DNA from: an uncultured Cellvibrionales bacterium
GTDB lineage: Bacteria > Pseudomonadota > Gammaproteobacteria > Pseudomonadales > GM7GCV1
NCBI GenBank assembly: GCA_913063225.1
Contig: CAJXYP010000019.1
Coordinates: 1,178 to 65,177, forward strand
Reading direction: 5' to 3'
Length of the DNA stretch: 64,000 nt
Made by a program: the position numbers and the translations under genes
Shown: positions 26,880 through 35,631 of the stretch, piece after piece
Layout: each line of letters starts with the position of its first letter
Numbering within the stretch: the stretch's first letter is position 1
Notes under the pieces: generated by a model
What the model saw: only the letters and a program-made list of their open reading frames with translations
Databases searched by the model: none
What the model was told of the DNA's origin: nothing

Positions 26880-28277
26880 TTGGTAATGAGGAATATAGCT
26901 AGCAGAAGTTCCGTAGGTATCTTGTGTGCTTGCGCACTCTGGGTAAGTAGCAGTGCCCTGGCGGGAGATCCAATTCCTGAGGGTTGGTTGGCGGAAAACG
27001 TTGAGCCAATAGGTTTCTTGGACTACCAGGACCGTTACGCTGGCAAGTTCACTATTAAGGAACAAGACGGTCGATGGTATCTCTATATGACCGTTCAGAA
27101 GACTCAGGAAGGTCGTGGACCTATCCATGCTCCAATCTTGAGAGTTGTGGATGTTACCGACCCCACAAACCCCGTTATCGTCAACGACATTATCTATCCG
27201 ATGGACGGCAATATGGCCCAGGTTACCTCTCAGGGTGATTTGCTAATGGTCGGTATGTCTAGAGAGTTGACTCAATTTGATACGCAGAATGCGATTAACT
27301 TTATGGCGGAGTTCCAGCCGGATGAAGTTCCAGTGGATAAGTTGACCTACGAAGGTGTGCTTTTATTTGATATTAGTGATCCGGTAAATCCGGTTGAGTT
27401 ATCTCATTGGGAAACTGGTGCTTATGGCGTACACAGAAATATCCTGCACGAGGGTTATGCTTATTTATCCGCCAGTGCGCCGGGTTACCGAGCCCAGATC
27501 TTTAAGATTCTGGATGTTCGTGATCCCAGAAATCCTAAAGAAGTTGGCCAATGGGCCCAATTTGGGCAGCAACTTGGCGAGGTACGCGAGGACGGCGTAA
27601 TTCCGAGCTTCCATGGTCCCGCCATTATCAGTCCGGACGGAAATACCGCAATCTTGGGCTTTACCCCAGACATGGTATCTCTGGATATCAGTGATAAATC
27701 TAACCCTAGGGTTATTGGTCGGTTGCAGATTGTTCCGCCCTTTGTGAATAACGTCACTCAGTCCGTTCATTCGGTAATCCCTTATTGGGATAAAGGCTTG
27801 GTCTATGTAAATGGTGAACCGAAAATCGCGCAGTGCGGTGAGTCCTTATCCGCCAATATTATGGTGCAAAACGCCGATCCAACTAAGCCTTACATGATGT
27901 CGACTTTCCCGATTCCGGAAGTGCCCGAAGGCTTCGCTTGGGACAATTTCTGTGATCGTCCCGGACGCTTTGGTCCGCACAACGTCAATAATGAAATCCA
28001 TAACCAAGACGTTATGCAGGCAAATAATCTGATTCACTTGGCCTACTTCAACGCCGGAGTGCGTGTTTATGACGTAAGCGAGCCTCGCTTGCCTAAGGAA
28101 GTGGGTTGGTTCCTACCGGGTGACCCCGAAACGCCTAAGCGTTCGCAGTCTGGCTATATGCCCATCTCTATTACTCAGGAAGTTATGATCGATACTCGAG
28201 GTAACATCTTTACTTCCGGAGCAACCGGCATGTATGTCTTGCGAAATAGTGATGAATTAGCAGACAGTTGGGATTAA
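26880..28277 (+). CDS. secreted LVIVD-repeat beta-propeller protein
   Basis: Five repeats of the LVIVD type (LRVVDVTDPTNP, LLFDISDPVNP, KILDVRDPRNP, VSLDISDKSNP, VRVYDVSEPRLP) and a signal peptide. The ATG at 26886 is probably the true start. Confidence 0.75.
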   Translation: MVMRNIASRSSVGILCACALWVSSSALAGDPIPEGWLAENVEPIGFLDYQDRYAGKFTIKEQDGRWYLYMTVQKTQEGRGPIHAPILRVVDVTDPTNPVIVNDIIYPMDGNMAQVTSQGDLLMVGMSRELTQFDTQNAINFMAEFQPDEVPVDKLTYEGVLLFDISDPVNPVELSHWETGAYGVHRNILHEGYAYLSASAPGYRAQIFKILDVRDPRNPKEVGQWAQFGQQLGEVREDGVIPSFHGPAIISPDGNTAILGFTPDMVSLDISDKSNPRVIGRLQIVPPFVNNVTQSVHSVIPYWDKGLVYVNGEPKIAQCGESLSANIMVQNADPTKPYMMSTFPIPEVPEGFAWDNFCDRPGRFGPHNVNNEIHNQDVMQANNLIHLAYFNAGVRVYDVSEPRLPKEVGWFLPGDPETPKRSQSGYMPISITQEVMIDTRGNIFTSGATGMYVLRNSDELADSWD

Positions 28278-28282
28278 TATAC

Positions 28283-28309
28283 AAAGGGCTCAATTGAGCC
28301 CCTTTTTTT
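28283..28309 (+). terminator. rho-independent terminator
   Basis: AAAGGGCTC AATT GAGCCCC followed by a T7 run. Confidence 0.75.
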
Positions 28310-28342
28310 GTCCTTAATTTAAGGATTTCATATCGGAGCACG

Positions 28343-29593
28343 ATGTTGATGAAAAATTGGTCTTTAGCCTTGCTTACGGCAATCGTTCTGGCAGCTTGCA
28401 GCCCGATGGAAGTTGCTGGTACTTCTGATACAGCACCCAGTCAGGCCGATGAGTTGGCCCTAGAAGCATTGCACCAGTCACTGCTTACGGTAGATACCCA
28501 TATAGATATCCCCATTGAGTTGGGTACTGATCTAGCCGATCCCGGATTAGACGGCCCCATGCAGGTCGATTTTCCAAAAATGCGCAGTGGCGGTTTGGAC
28601 GCTGGCTTCTTTATCGTCTACGTCGGTCAGACCTCAGTAACGCCCGAAGAATATGTAGCTGCTTACAGCAAGGCTCAGGATAAGTTCGCCGGAATAGAGC
28701 GCATGTTAGCGCGGTATCCAGAGCAGATATCTCTCGCGAGAAACCCGGATGAAGTTAGACAAATACTCGCCGATGGAAGGTTGGTGGCCGCAATAGGTAT
28801 TGAGAACGCTTTCCCGCTTGGGCCAAATCTGGAACATCTTCAAGAGTTCTACGATCGCGGTGCTCGCTATATTTCGCTCACGCACTTTGGTCATAACGAC
28901 TTTGGCTCCAGCTCTGATAGTAGGGGTGGTGCTGAAGGATATGTAGAGCCTGAACATCAAGGGTTAAGTGACTTAGGCAAGCAGCTTATCGATAAGATGA
29001 ATGCCCTAGGCATTATGGTGGACGTATCCCATACCTCCCCAGATAGTACCCTGCAGGCAGCGGCATATTCCAAGGCACCGGTTATTGCATCCCACTCCGG
29101 TGTTAGAGCTTTATACGACCATCTGCGCAATTTAAGAGATGAAGAAATTATTGCCATTGCAGACAGCGGCGGGGTAATTCAATTGGTAGCATTTGATACC
29201 TATATGCGCAGCGTTAGTGAAGAGAATAGCGCGGCGATAGGTCAGATCCGTGAAGAGCTAGGCTTTGGTGGTGGACAGACAACTACCCAAGAAACTGTCA
29301 ACCAATATCGAGCAAGGCTTGCGGCTTTGGATGCCACATTCCCTCGGGCTTCTGTAAGCACTCTAGTCGACAATATTGACTACGTGGTTAACTTGGCAGG
29401 TATAGACCACGCGGGCATATCCTCTGACTTTGGTGGCGGCGGTGGCATCAAGGGTTGGGATAATATTAGCGAGTCTTCAGCGGTTACTGCAGAGCTTGTC
29501 AGTCGCGGTTATTCCGAAGAAGATATCCGGAAAATCTGGGGCGAGAATCTACTGCGGGTTTGGAAGGGAGTAGAAGAGGCAGCGTCTCGATAG
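28343..29593 (+). CDS. membrane dipeptidase (peptidase M19), lipoprotein
   Basis: Lipobox LAAC; VDTHIDIP, LTHFGHNDFG, VDVSHTS, IASHSG and SSDFGGGG are M19 zinc-ligand segments. Confidence 0.9.
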   Translation: MLMKNWSLALLTAIVLAACSPMEVAGTSDTAPSQADELALEALHQSLLTVDTHIDIPIELGTDLADPGLDGPMQVDFPKMRSGGLDAGFFIVYVGQTSVTPEEYVAAYSKAQDKFAGIERMLARYPEQISLARNPDEVRQILADGRLVAAIGIENAFPLGPNLEHLQEFYDRGARYISLTHFGHNDFGSSSDSRGGAEGYVEPEHQGLSDLGKQLIDKMNALGIMVDVSHTSPDSTLQAAAYSKAPVIASHSGVRALYDHLRNLRDEEIIAIADSGGVIQLVAFDTYMRSVSEENSAAIGQIREELGFGGGQTTTQETVNQYRARLAALDATFPRASVSTLVDNIDYVVNLAGIDHAGISSDFGGGGGIKGWDNISESSAVTAELVSRGYSEEDIRKIWGENLLRVWKGVEEAASR

Positions 29594-29612
29594 CTAGTTG
29601 AAGACACTTCTA

Positions 29613-30077
29613 TTACAGGGATTTACTCATAAGGGTTATGGCTGTGTCTTTGTATTCGCACTGTTCCATGATCGACCAGCCCAAACCCTCATATAGCGGT
29701 GCTTCACTGGGCGTGTAGAGATATAGCGTATCGGTACCCAAAGATTTAGCTTCCTGTTCAATACGCGTAACCAGCGCAGAGCCAAAGCCTTTTTTCCGGT
29801 ACCCCTGCTTTACGTAGACGCTCGCCAACCAGGGCGTTAGTTCCTTGCGTGAATCCATATCCGCCGGCACCAATGCGGCTGAGCCAACTAGATTTGAGCC
29901 ATCTAATGCGATCACCGCGCAGGGGACTCCCGAACGCTGACACTTTTTAGTTAGCCTGAGAGTTCTTTGTTCTAGTGTTTCACCGGGGTTTAGATAGCTC
30001 CATTCAGCAAAGTGCAGCGCTGCAAGTTCGGCAATATGCTGGCGATGGTCTGCTAGATACTCTATGTGCATAATCAA
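29613..30077 (-). CDS. GNAT-family N-acetyltransferase
   Basis: VYVKQGYRKKGFGSALV acetyl-CoA binding loop; 154 aa. Confidence 0.8.
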   Translation of the reverse strand: MIMHIEYLADHRQHIAELAALHFAEWSYLNPGETLEQRTLRLTKKCQRSGVPCAVIALDGSNLVGSAALVPADMDSRKELTPWLASVYVKQGYRKKGFGSALVTRIEQEAKSLGTDTLYLYTPSEAPLYEGLGWSIMEQCEYKDTAITLMSKSL

Positions 30078-30078
30078 C

Positions 30079-30717
30079 CTACTTCGGGATTTGCATATCC
30101 TGCCTCACAACAGCACAGAGTTCTCGACTAGCGCAGCCTTCTATATGGTCGTTTACCAATCCCATAGCCTGCATAAATGCATAGGCGGTGGTTGGTCCAA
30201 AAAACTTCCAACCCCGTTTCTTCAGGTCTTTGCTTAAAGCTATAGAGGTCACTGTCGTATTTGGTATTGGCTGGGTGCTGGCAATTTTTCCAGCGTCTGA
30301 TTCACGAACTGAAGGTTCCCACTCCCAAAGATAGGCACCAAGGCTGCCAAATTCTTCAACCATTTCTATAGCGCGATGAGCATTGTTGATAGTGGCTTCT
30401 ATTTTTCCTCGGTGCCGCACAATGCCTTTATTTTGCAGCAGTTGAAGGGTGTTATTTTCATCAAATTTAGCAATCTTATTGAAATCGAAGTTTGAGAAAG
30501 CTTCTCTAAAGTTTTCACGTTTACGGAGAATGGTTAGCCAGGAAAGCCCAGACTGAAAACCTTCAAGACAAATCTTCTCAAACAGGCGGAAATCGTCGGT
30601 TTCAGGGTGGCCCCACTCGTCGTCGTGGTAAGCGCGGTAATCTAAATGGTCTTGGCCCCACCAGCAGCGGGTAATGCCGTCTTCGGCTGTGTGCAGGTAT
30701 TGAGATTCATCGCTCAT
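30079..30717 (-). CDS. tag: DNA-3-methyladenine glycosylase I
   Basis: RCWWG...YHDDEWGHP...FEKICLEGFQSGLSWLTILRKRENFREAF is a near-canonical Tag signature. Confidence 0.9.
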   Translation of the reverse strand: MSDESQYLHTAEDGITRCWWGQDHLDYRAYHDDEWGHPETDDFRLFEKICLEGFQSGLSWLTILRKRENFREAFSNFDFNKIAKFDENNTLQLLQNKGIVRHRGKIEATINNAHRAIEMVEEFGSLGAYLWEWEPSVRESDAGKIASTQPIPNTTVTSIALSKDLKKRGWKFFGPTTAYAFMQAMGLVNDHIEGCASRELCAVVRQDMQIPK

Positions 30718-30817
30718 TTTGGATTCACCTTATTTTAGGACAAAGGTTAGAGAGTGACAGAAGGGGAGTGGATACTTTCCAATTGATTGGTACCCTGACC
30801 CTGATTTTTATTTAGGA

Positions 30818-30846
30818 CAAAAAGCCCCGCATTTGCAGGGCTTTTC
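30818..30846. terminator. possible bidirectional terminator hairpin
   Basis: AAAAGCCCCGC ATTT GCAGGGCTTTT: a short imperfect stem flanked by A and T runs, just downstream of the 30-codon ORF on the minus strand. Confidence 0.45.
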
Positions 30847-30878
30847 TATAAGGCGTTCTAATTATATTCAGAGATAAG

Positions 30879-30971
30879 CTATTTTTTAGATTTTTTCTCA
30901 GCGCGTTTTTCTTTAAGGGATTTGGCGGGCTTTTTCTTCACTTGCTTCTTCTTATCCATACCTTTTGACAT
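30879..30971 (-). CDS. 30-aa lysine-rich microprotein (MSKGMDKKKQVKKKPAKSLKEKRAEKKSKK)
   Basis: An ATG preceded by AGAGGAA at good spacing and followed by a hairpin. It is below the ORF-track length cutoff, and the composition alone could arise by chance in A-rich DNA. Confidence 0.35.
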   Translation of the reverse strand: MSKGMDKKKQVKKKPAKSLKEKRAEKKSKK

Positions 30972-31215
30972 ATCGATTTCCTCTTTTTATCTGCATAGAC
31001 TGTAACCTTAATCAGACTAATAGAGCAGTAATATTTCTGGGGGCCTTGCTATCCGTGCTACGTCCCCTATTTTTATTTGGTATTATCAAAAAAACCAAGC
31101 TCACAACCACAAAATGAGTGTCAAGAGGCCGTTGCTTAGGCTTCATTTCTAGCGCTTTTAGATTAAAGGGCTCTGATGCGTTAATTCTCATCTCTCAATG
31201 AAGTAAATCCTACCT

Positions 31216-31884
31216 ATGTCGTATCAAGATAAAACTATCCAACTCATTCATGGCAGCGATGACCTTAATCACGCCGTCATCTGGCTGCACGGCTTGGGCG
31301 CTAGCTCCGATGATTTTCCACCGATTGTGCCGGAGTTAGGATTGAGTGCTGATCGAGCGATTCGTTTTATCTTCCCCCAAGCGCCCGATCGTCCAATTAC
31401 GATAAACGGTGGCATGCAGATGCCCGGCTGGTATGACATCAAAGGGATGGATATCGCAGATAAAGAAGATGCAGAAGGAATGGCGGAATCTCAGGCGATT
31501 CTGGAAGGTTTGATTGACGAGCAAATCAATCAGGGTATTCCGAGCGAAAACATCATTATTGCGGGTTTCTCTCAGGGTGGGGCGGTGGCCTATCACACAG
31601 GTGTGCGTGGTCAGCGCAAGCTAGGCGGCATAATGGCCCTGTCTACTTACCTACCATTCTCTGAACAGATCGAGCAGGAACAAAGCAAAGTAAATATGGC
31701 GACGCCAATATTAGCGAATCACGGAACCTATGATCCGGTCGTGCCTATCCAGCTTGGAAAGAAGAGCGCCGACCGGTTGCTTGATTTGGGTTACCCCTTA
31801 ATTTGGAAAGAATACCCCATGGAGCATCAGGTGATAATGGAGCAAATTAAGGATATTGGGGATTGGATCAATAAGGCGTTCTGA
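31216..31884 (+). CDS. carboxylesterase / phospholipase family alpha/beta hydrolase
   Basis: VIWLHGLGAS, nucleophile elbow GFSQGGAV, and later Asp/His segments; 222 aa. Confidence 0.85.
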   Translation: MSYQDKTIQLIHGSDDLNHAVIWLHGLGASSDDFPPIVPELGLSADRAIRFIFPQAPDRPITINGGMQMPGWYDIKGMDIADKEDAEGMAESQAILEGLIDEQINQGIPSENIIIAGFSQGGAVAYHTGVRGQRKLGGIMALSTYLPFSEQIEQEQSKVNMATPILANHGTYDPVVPIQLGKKSADRLLDLGYPLIWKEYPMEHQVIMEQIKDIGDWINKAF

Positions 31885-31928
31885 CTGTGCTTACTCGCTT
31901 ATTTTAGTTCCCTATAGAAAGGCTAGGC

Positions 31929-32393
31929 TTATTGATAGGATCTGCCCTGGTGTTTAAGCCATCCGCCTGTATGTGAAGCGTTTGGGTCATGATGTGTCCA
32001 GTGAATTACACCACCTTGGTCATTCCACTCATATTCACCGAAGAATTCCACCGTATCTCCCGCAGAAAGGCCGGCGATTCGAGGCGCAATGTCAATATTG
32101 TGTGCTACCAAAAGAGTTTGATTTGACGACAGCTGGAGAATAAATCGCTGATGGCGACTACCGTCGTTATCGTCAGCAAGAACCCGAATGACTCTTCCAC
32201 TCCCTCCGATCTGAATATTGCTTTTGCGGGTTTTATAGGCGTTGGCGATAGCCGAATCTGAGGTAGTAAACTGACGATCAATAGATGAATCAGGTGCAGA
32301 AATTTCGCTAACGGCAACGTTGGTGGAATCCCTATTAATCTGGACGAAGTAACCAACAGCCACGACGAGTAGAAGAATAATAATTTTATGCAT
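31929..32393 (-). CDS. DUF3465-family protein
   Basis: N-terminal anchor, then GSGRVIRVLADDNDGSRHQRFILQL...VIHWTHHDP, typical of DUF3465. Confidence 0.75.
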   Translation of the reverse strand: MHKIIILLLVVAVGYFVQINRDSTNVAVSEISAPDSSIDRQFTTSDSAIANAYKTRKSNIQIGGSGRVIRVLADDNDGSRHQRFILQLSSNQTLLVAHNIDIAPRIAGLSAGDTVEFFGEYEWNDQGGVIHWTHHDPNASHTGGWLKHQGRSYQ

Positions 32394-32430
32394 TAGGCGT
32401 CCTTAGTTAAGCCTACCCGCCAACGAATTG

Positions 32431-32650
32431 TTAGGCGACGTTGCCACGAATGACCGCCGCCAAGATGAGCCCACCAATTGCCAGCGAACAAATGCCAATA
32501 ACTTTGATATAGGAAATTGCCCGAGGGACAGCCTGTTGGGCAAACCAATGATGCCACCGCCATGGAAGAAGGAGAATGCAAGCCGTGGTGATGAGGAGAA
32601 CCCAGCCAAAGGCAATAAATCAAAAAGGCAATAAATGGGGTCAGACCCAT
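32431..32650 (-). pseudogene. small two-TM membrane protein gene disrupted by a 16-bp tandem duplication
   Basis: Removing one 16-nt unit gives a single ORF: MGLTPFIAFGWVLLITTACILLLPWRWHHWFAQQAVPRAISYIKVIGICSLAIGGLILAAVIRGNVA*. As sequenced, the ATG frame and the TM frame differ by +1. Confidence 0.55.
32608..32636. repeat. 16-bp-period tandem duplication (AAAGGCAATAAAT x 2, 3-nt spacer)
   Basis: AAAGGCAATAAATCAA then AAAGGCAATAAATGGG, read directly from the sequence. Confidence 0.85.
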
Positions 32651-32892
32651 TTAATTCTTTAATTAATTAAAACGCATTATAGGAGCAAGTTTTCGCACAG
32701 GGTAGATACAATACTGTAACCATGGGCTCAGAATCCCCGCCTTTCTATCGACATATTGGACCAGTGTCTTTTTAGATGGAACGCCATATTGTCGACAGCC
32801 TTTGTCAGCTGATGGCTCAAACGTTAGAAAGCGTGGTCCATAAACACGAACATTGATCTTTTTAGCTAACGTTGAGTCACTAGAGTAATCCT

Positions 32893-34050
32893 ATGCCAAA
32901 TATTCGATACAACAAACGATGTAGCCATCTAACGACATGCTTAGGCGGTGTGTTACTCCTGTCTCTCCATTGGCTAGCATTTGCCGAAGATGAAGTGACA
33001 GCGCAAAATTGCTCTCAAAACAATCAATTTACCTTTAGCTGGCAGTTTACCGATAACTGTAGGCTTGAGCCCCGAGGCGGCACTAGCACGGGTATCGAGG
33101 TATCGCTAGCCCCCTCCCCACGAGCTGATTGGTTAGCCATACAGGAAGAGGGCATTAGCGATTTTGAAAAAGATAGACGCGCGATATTAGCCATGGCTGG
33201 CCCCTATCGTGTTAGTTTCGATTTTATAGAAACTGTGGGATATACCGCGGGTTATTTGCCAAGCCGACCCTACCAGTCGTGGGGCACTGAATATGTCTAT
33301 GTTGCGGATGACAGCAATGAGTACATTAGTTTGCAGCATATTATGGTGATGTATATCCGTCAGGAAGACGGTTCCGCATCGTCACCCATTATCATGAAGC
33401 ATTGGCGCCAAGACTGGGAGTATCAAAAGCGTACACAGTTTGTTTACGCAGGGTACGACCGTTGGAATAAGCAAAAACAACACCGCGAAACGATCGAAGG
33501 AACATGGTCACAGGCGGTCTTTCAGGTAGATGACTCACCCCGTTACGAGTCTTTCGGTAAGTGGCAGCATGCCGCCAATGTATCTACCTGGATTAGCGTA
33601 AAAACGTCGCGGCCCTTACCTAGGCGCGAAAGCAGTGTACGCGATGACTATCAGATTCTTGAAGGCACCAATCGGCATAGCATATTAGCCAATGGCTGGG
33701 TGCAAGAAGAAGAAAACATGAAGCTTGTATTGGATGACCCTAATGGCCCCGTTTACCTAGCTAAAGAGCTAGGTATCGCCCGTTATGAACGTATTGTTGA
33801 CCATGATTTCTCTGGCGGTGATGAGTATTGGAATAAATCTAAGCACTATTGGGCAGATGTTCGCGATGTTTGGAAAACACTGATTGACGAACAAGACGCG
33901 CTGACCATTCATAAGAAAACCGGTCAGCAATATATGTTTATGCCATTTTTTAATCAGGCCCAAGCCATTGTAGACGGTGAGCCTTATGATTCAGAACTAG
34001 GAAAGATCAAAATTAGAGAGATGCTGACGCCGTTTATTGAATTAGAGTAA
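32893..34050 (+). CDS. hypothetical secreted protein (385 aa)
   Basis: Long ORF with a hydrophobic leader (LGGVLLLSLHWLAFA) and coding-like composition. I cannot assign a family with confidence. Confidence 0.7.
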   Translation: MPNIRYNKRCSHLTTCLGGVLLLSLHWLAFAEDEVTAQNCSQNNQFTFSWQFTDNCRLEPRGGTSTGIEVSLAPSPRADWLAIQEEGISDFEKDRRAILAMAGPYRVSFDFIETVGYTAGYLPSRPYQSWGTEYVYVADDSNEYISLQHIMVMYIRQEDGSASSPIIMKHWRQDWEYQKRTQFVYAGYDRWNKQKQHRETIEGTWSQAVFQVDDSPRYESFGKWQHAANVSTWISVKTSRPLPRRESSVRDDYQILEGTNRHSILANGWVQEEENMKLVLDDPNGPVYLAKELGIARYERIVDHDFSGGDEYWNKSKHYWADVRDVWKTLIDEQDALTIHKKTGQQYMFMPFFNQAQAIVDGEPYDSELGKIKIREMLTPFIELE

Positions 34051-34467
34051 TGGTCTACCGCGGCAACCGATCATCTGACGGACGGAGAAGGTCTAAAGGT
34101 TTAAAAGGACACACACTTAATCATACTTGGATATACAAACAATCCAATGCACCTGCAGTCAAAACCATTAAACCTGCCACGGTGCTCGACGAACAGTCCA
34201 TTGCGAGTCGAATACTGGCCTGATCAAGAGTACTGAAGTAGTCTAAATGGCGGTTTAAGTCGTCACTATGATCCTGCTGCTGTATGTTCATGGGCCGCTG
34301 AAAAGGCTGCCGCCACATTTTACTAATTCCAAGCCTTACTCAGGCCGATAGGCGATATTTTCAATTGTATTGATGCTCGTCATACTGCTCTTCCAACGTT
34401 TGTTGATGACCCTATCAGATAACTCGTGGTCAGTGAATGATAGAAAGTTGATGTTGGTATCGTGTCG

Positions 34468-34558
34468 TATAACGCTTTGCTAAGCGGAAATTAATGGTTG
34501 GCTAAAATCGCGTAGCGATGGCCAAATGTTAATTTTCCGTTTAAGCAACTTGTTATAT
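34468..34558 (-). repeat. attC-like imperfect palindrome (copy A)
   Basis: The minus strand reads ATATAACAAGTTGCTTAAACGGAAAATTAACATTTGGCCATCGCTACGCGATTTTAGCCAACCATTAATTTCCGCTTAGCAAAGCGTTATA. The ends TATAAC/GTTATA pair with each other. It overlaps the stop codon of the methyltransferase gene. Confidence 0.65.
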
Positions 34559-35143
34559 ATATTTTGTAGCAATGACCTGAACAACTGAGGCCTTACCCGT
34601 ATGATATATACCCTCAACCACATTACGTTCAAGCTCTTCGATATGATTAAAATTCAATTCTTTAAACTCATCCATCAAAGATATTTTAGATTGCATAAAC
34701 TCTACCGTATTTCCACCACCAGTGCTAAACATTAACTGCTCAGGAGTATAGGCTTCGAGCAAAAATACCCCCTTTTTCTTTAGTCCGTTAATTACTTTTT
34801 TATGTAACGTTTTCCTCTGCAATGACGACAGAGGGAAAAATATAGATATTATTCCATCCCACTGATTCAGCCCTAGATTATATTCAACTAAGTCTGCATG
34901 AATAAATTTAACTTCAACACCGTTACTCTTTGCTAATTTCATCCCTTTATCTATACCTGCTAAAGATGAATCTATAGCAGTTACAGAGTACCCCTGCTTT
35001 GCTAGGAACACCGCATTTCTACCTTCACCTTCTGCTAAGCTTAAAACCTTTCCTTTTGGAATAAAGTTAAAATTATTTTTTAAAAATTTGTTAGGTTCTG
35101 TTCCATAAACATACTCGTCTGTGCTGTAACGTTTATCCCACAT
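34553..35143 (-). CDS. class I SAM-dependent methyltransferase (TehB-like)
   Basis: VLSLAEGEGRNAVFLAKQGYSVTAIDSS is SAM motif I; 196 aa. Confidence 0.85.
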   Translation of the reverse strand: MWDKRYSTDEYVYGTEPNKFLKNNFNFIPKGKVLSLAEGEGRNAVFLAKQGYSVTAIDSSLAGIDKGMKLAKSNGVEVKFIHADLVEYNLGLNQWDGIISIFFPLSSLQRKTLHKKVINGLKKKGVFLLEAYTPEQLMFSTGGGNTVEFMQSKISLMDEFKELNFNHIEELERNVVEGIYHTGKASVVQVIATKYI

Positions 35144-35183
35144 TTGATTACCCTGTTGTTGATTGAAATTAAGTTATGTAATC

Positions 35184-35214
35184 TATGTTACAACCTAAAG
35201 TCAACTTGAGGTCA
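35184..35214 (-). promoter_or_regulatory. MerR-type promoter/operator for the methyltransferase gene
   Basis: The minus strand reads TTGACC TCAAGTTGACTTTAGGTTG TAACAT. The spacer is 19 bp and contains the palindrome ACCTCAAGT-TG-ACTTTAGGT. Confidence 0.6.
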
Positions 35215-35226
35215 ATAGATGAATTT

Positions 35227-35631
35227 ATGGATATAGGTCAAGTTTCAAAGATTTGTAAATTACCAGTTTCAACATTAAGATTCTATGAAGAAAAAGGACT
35301 CATTCAGTCAATTGGCCGTAAGGGTTTAAGACGATATTTTTCTAAAAATGTGGTTGATACTCTTAACCTAATTTCATTAGGGCGCAATGTAGGGTTATCG
35401 TTAGATGAGATAGGAAAAATGCTACTTCCTCAAGGCCTTCAAATTGATAGGAACTTACTTCTATCTAAAGCAAATGAATTAGATATAAAAATTATGGAAA
35501 TGACAGCAATGAGAGATGGGCTTCGCCATGCCTCCGCTTGCAAAGCACCTTCTCATATGGAATGTCCGAAATTCCTTCGCTTGCTAAATGTTGCAGGCAA
35601 AAGATGGGGCAGGCCTAAGAAGAAGCTATAG
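35227..35631 (+). CDS. MerR-family transcriptional regulator
   Basis: MDIGQVSKICKLPVSTLRFYEEKGLI HTH. The C-terminal region has two Cys residues (CKAPSHMEC). The listed ORF starts at 35185, but the ATG at 35227 fits MerR N-termini better. Confidence 0.85.
   Translation: MDIGQVSKICKLPVSTLRFYEEKGLIQSIGRKGLRRYFSKNVVDTLNLISLGRNVGLSLDEIGKMLLPQGLQIDRNLLLSKANELDIKIMEMTAMRDGLRHASACKAPSHMECPKFLRLLNVAGKRWGRPKKKL

Noticed and set aside
32393-32650. Listed ORFs 32393-32650 minus, 32403-32615 minus and 32428-32634 plus as separate genes.
   Set aside because: Their translations are implausible. The third minus-strand frame gives a clean two-TM protein once the 16-bp duplication is accounted for.
32659-32670. 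TTAATTAATTAA, a palindrome with stop codons in all six frames (contains a PacI site). This could hint at an engineered insulator.
   Set aside because: It sits in a short AT-rich intergenic stretch, no other synthetic hallmarks are nearby, and a 12-mer of this composition can arise naturally.
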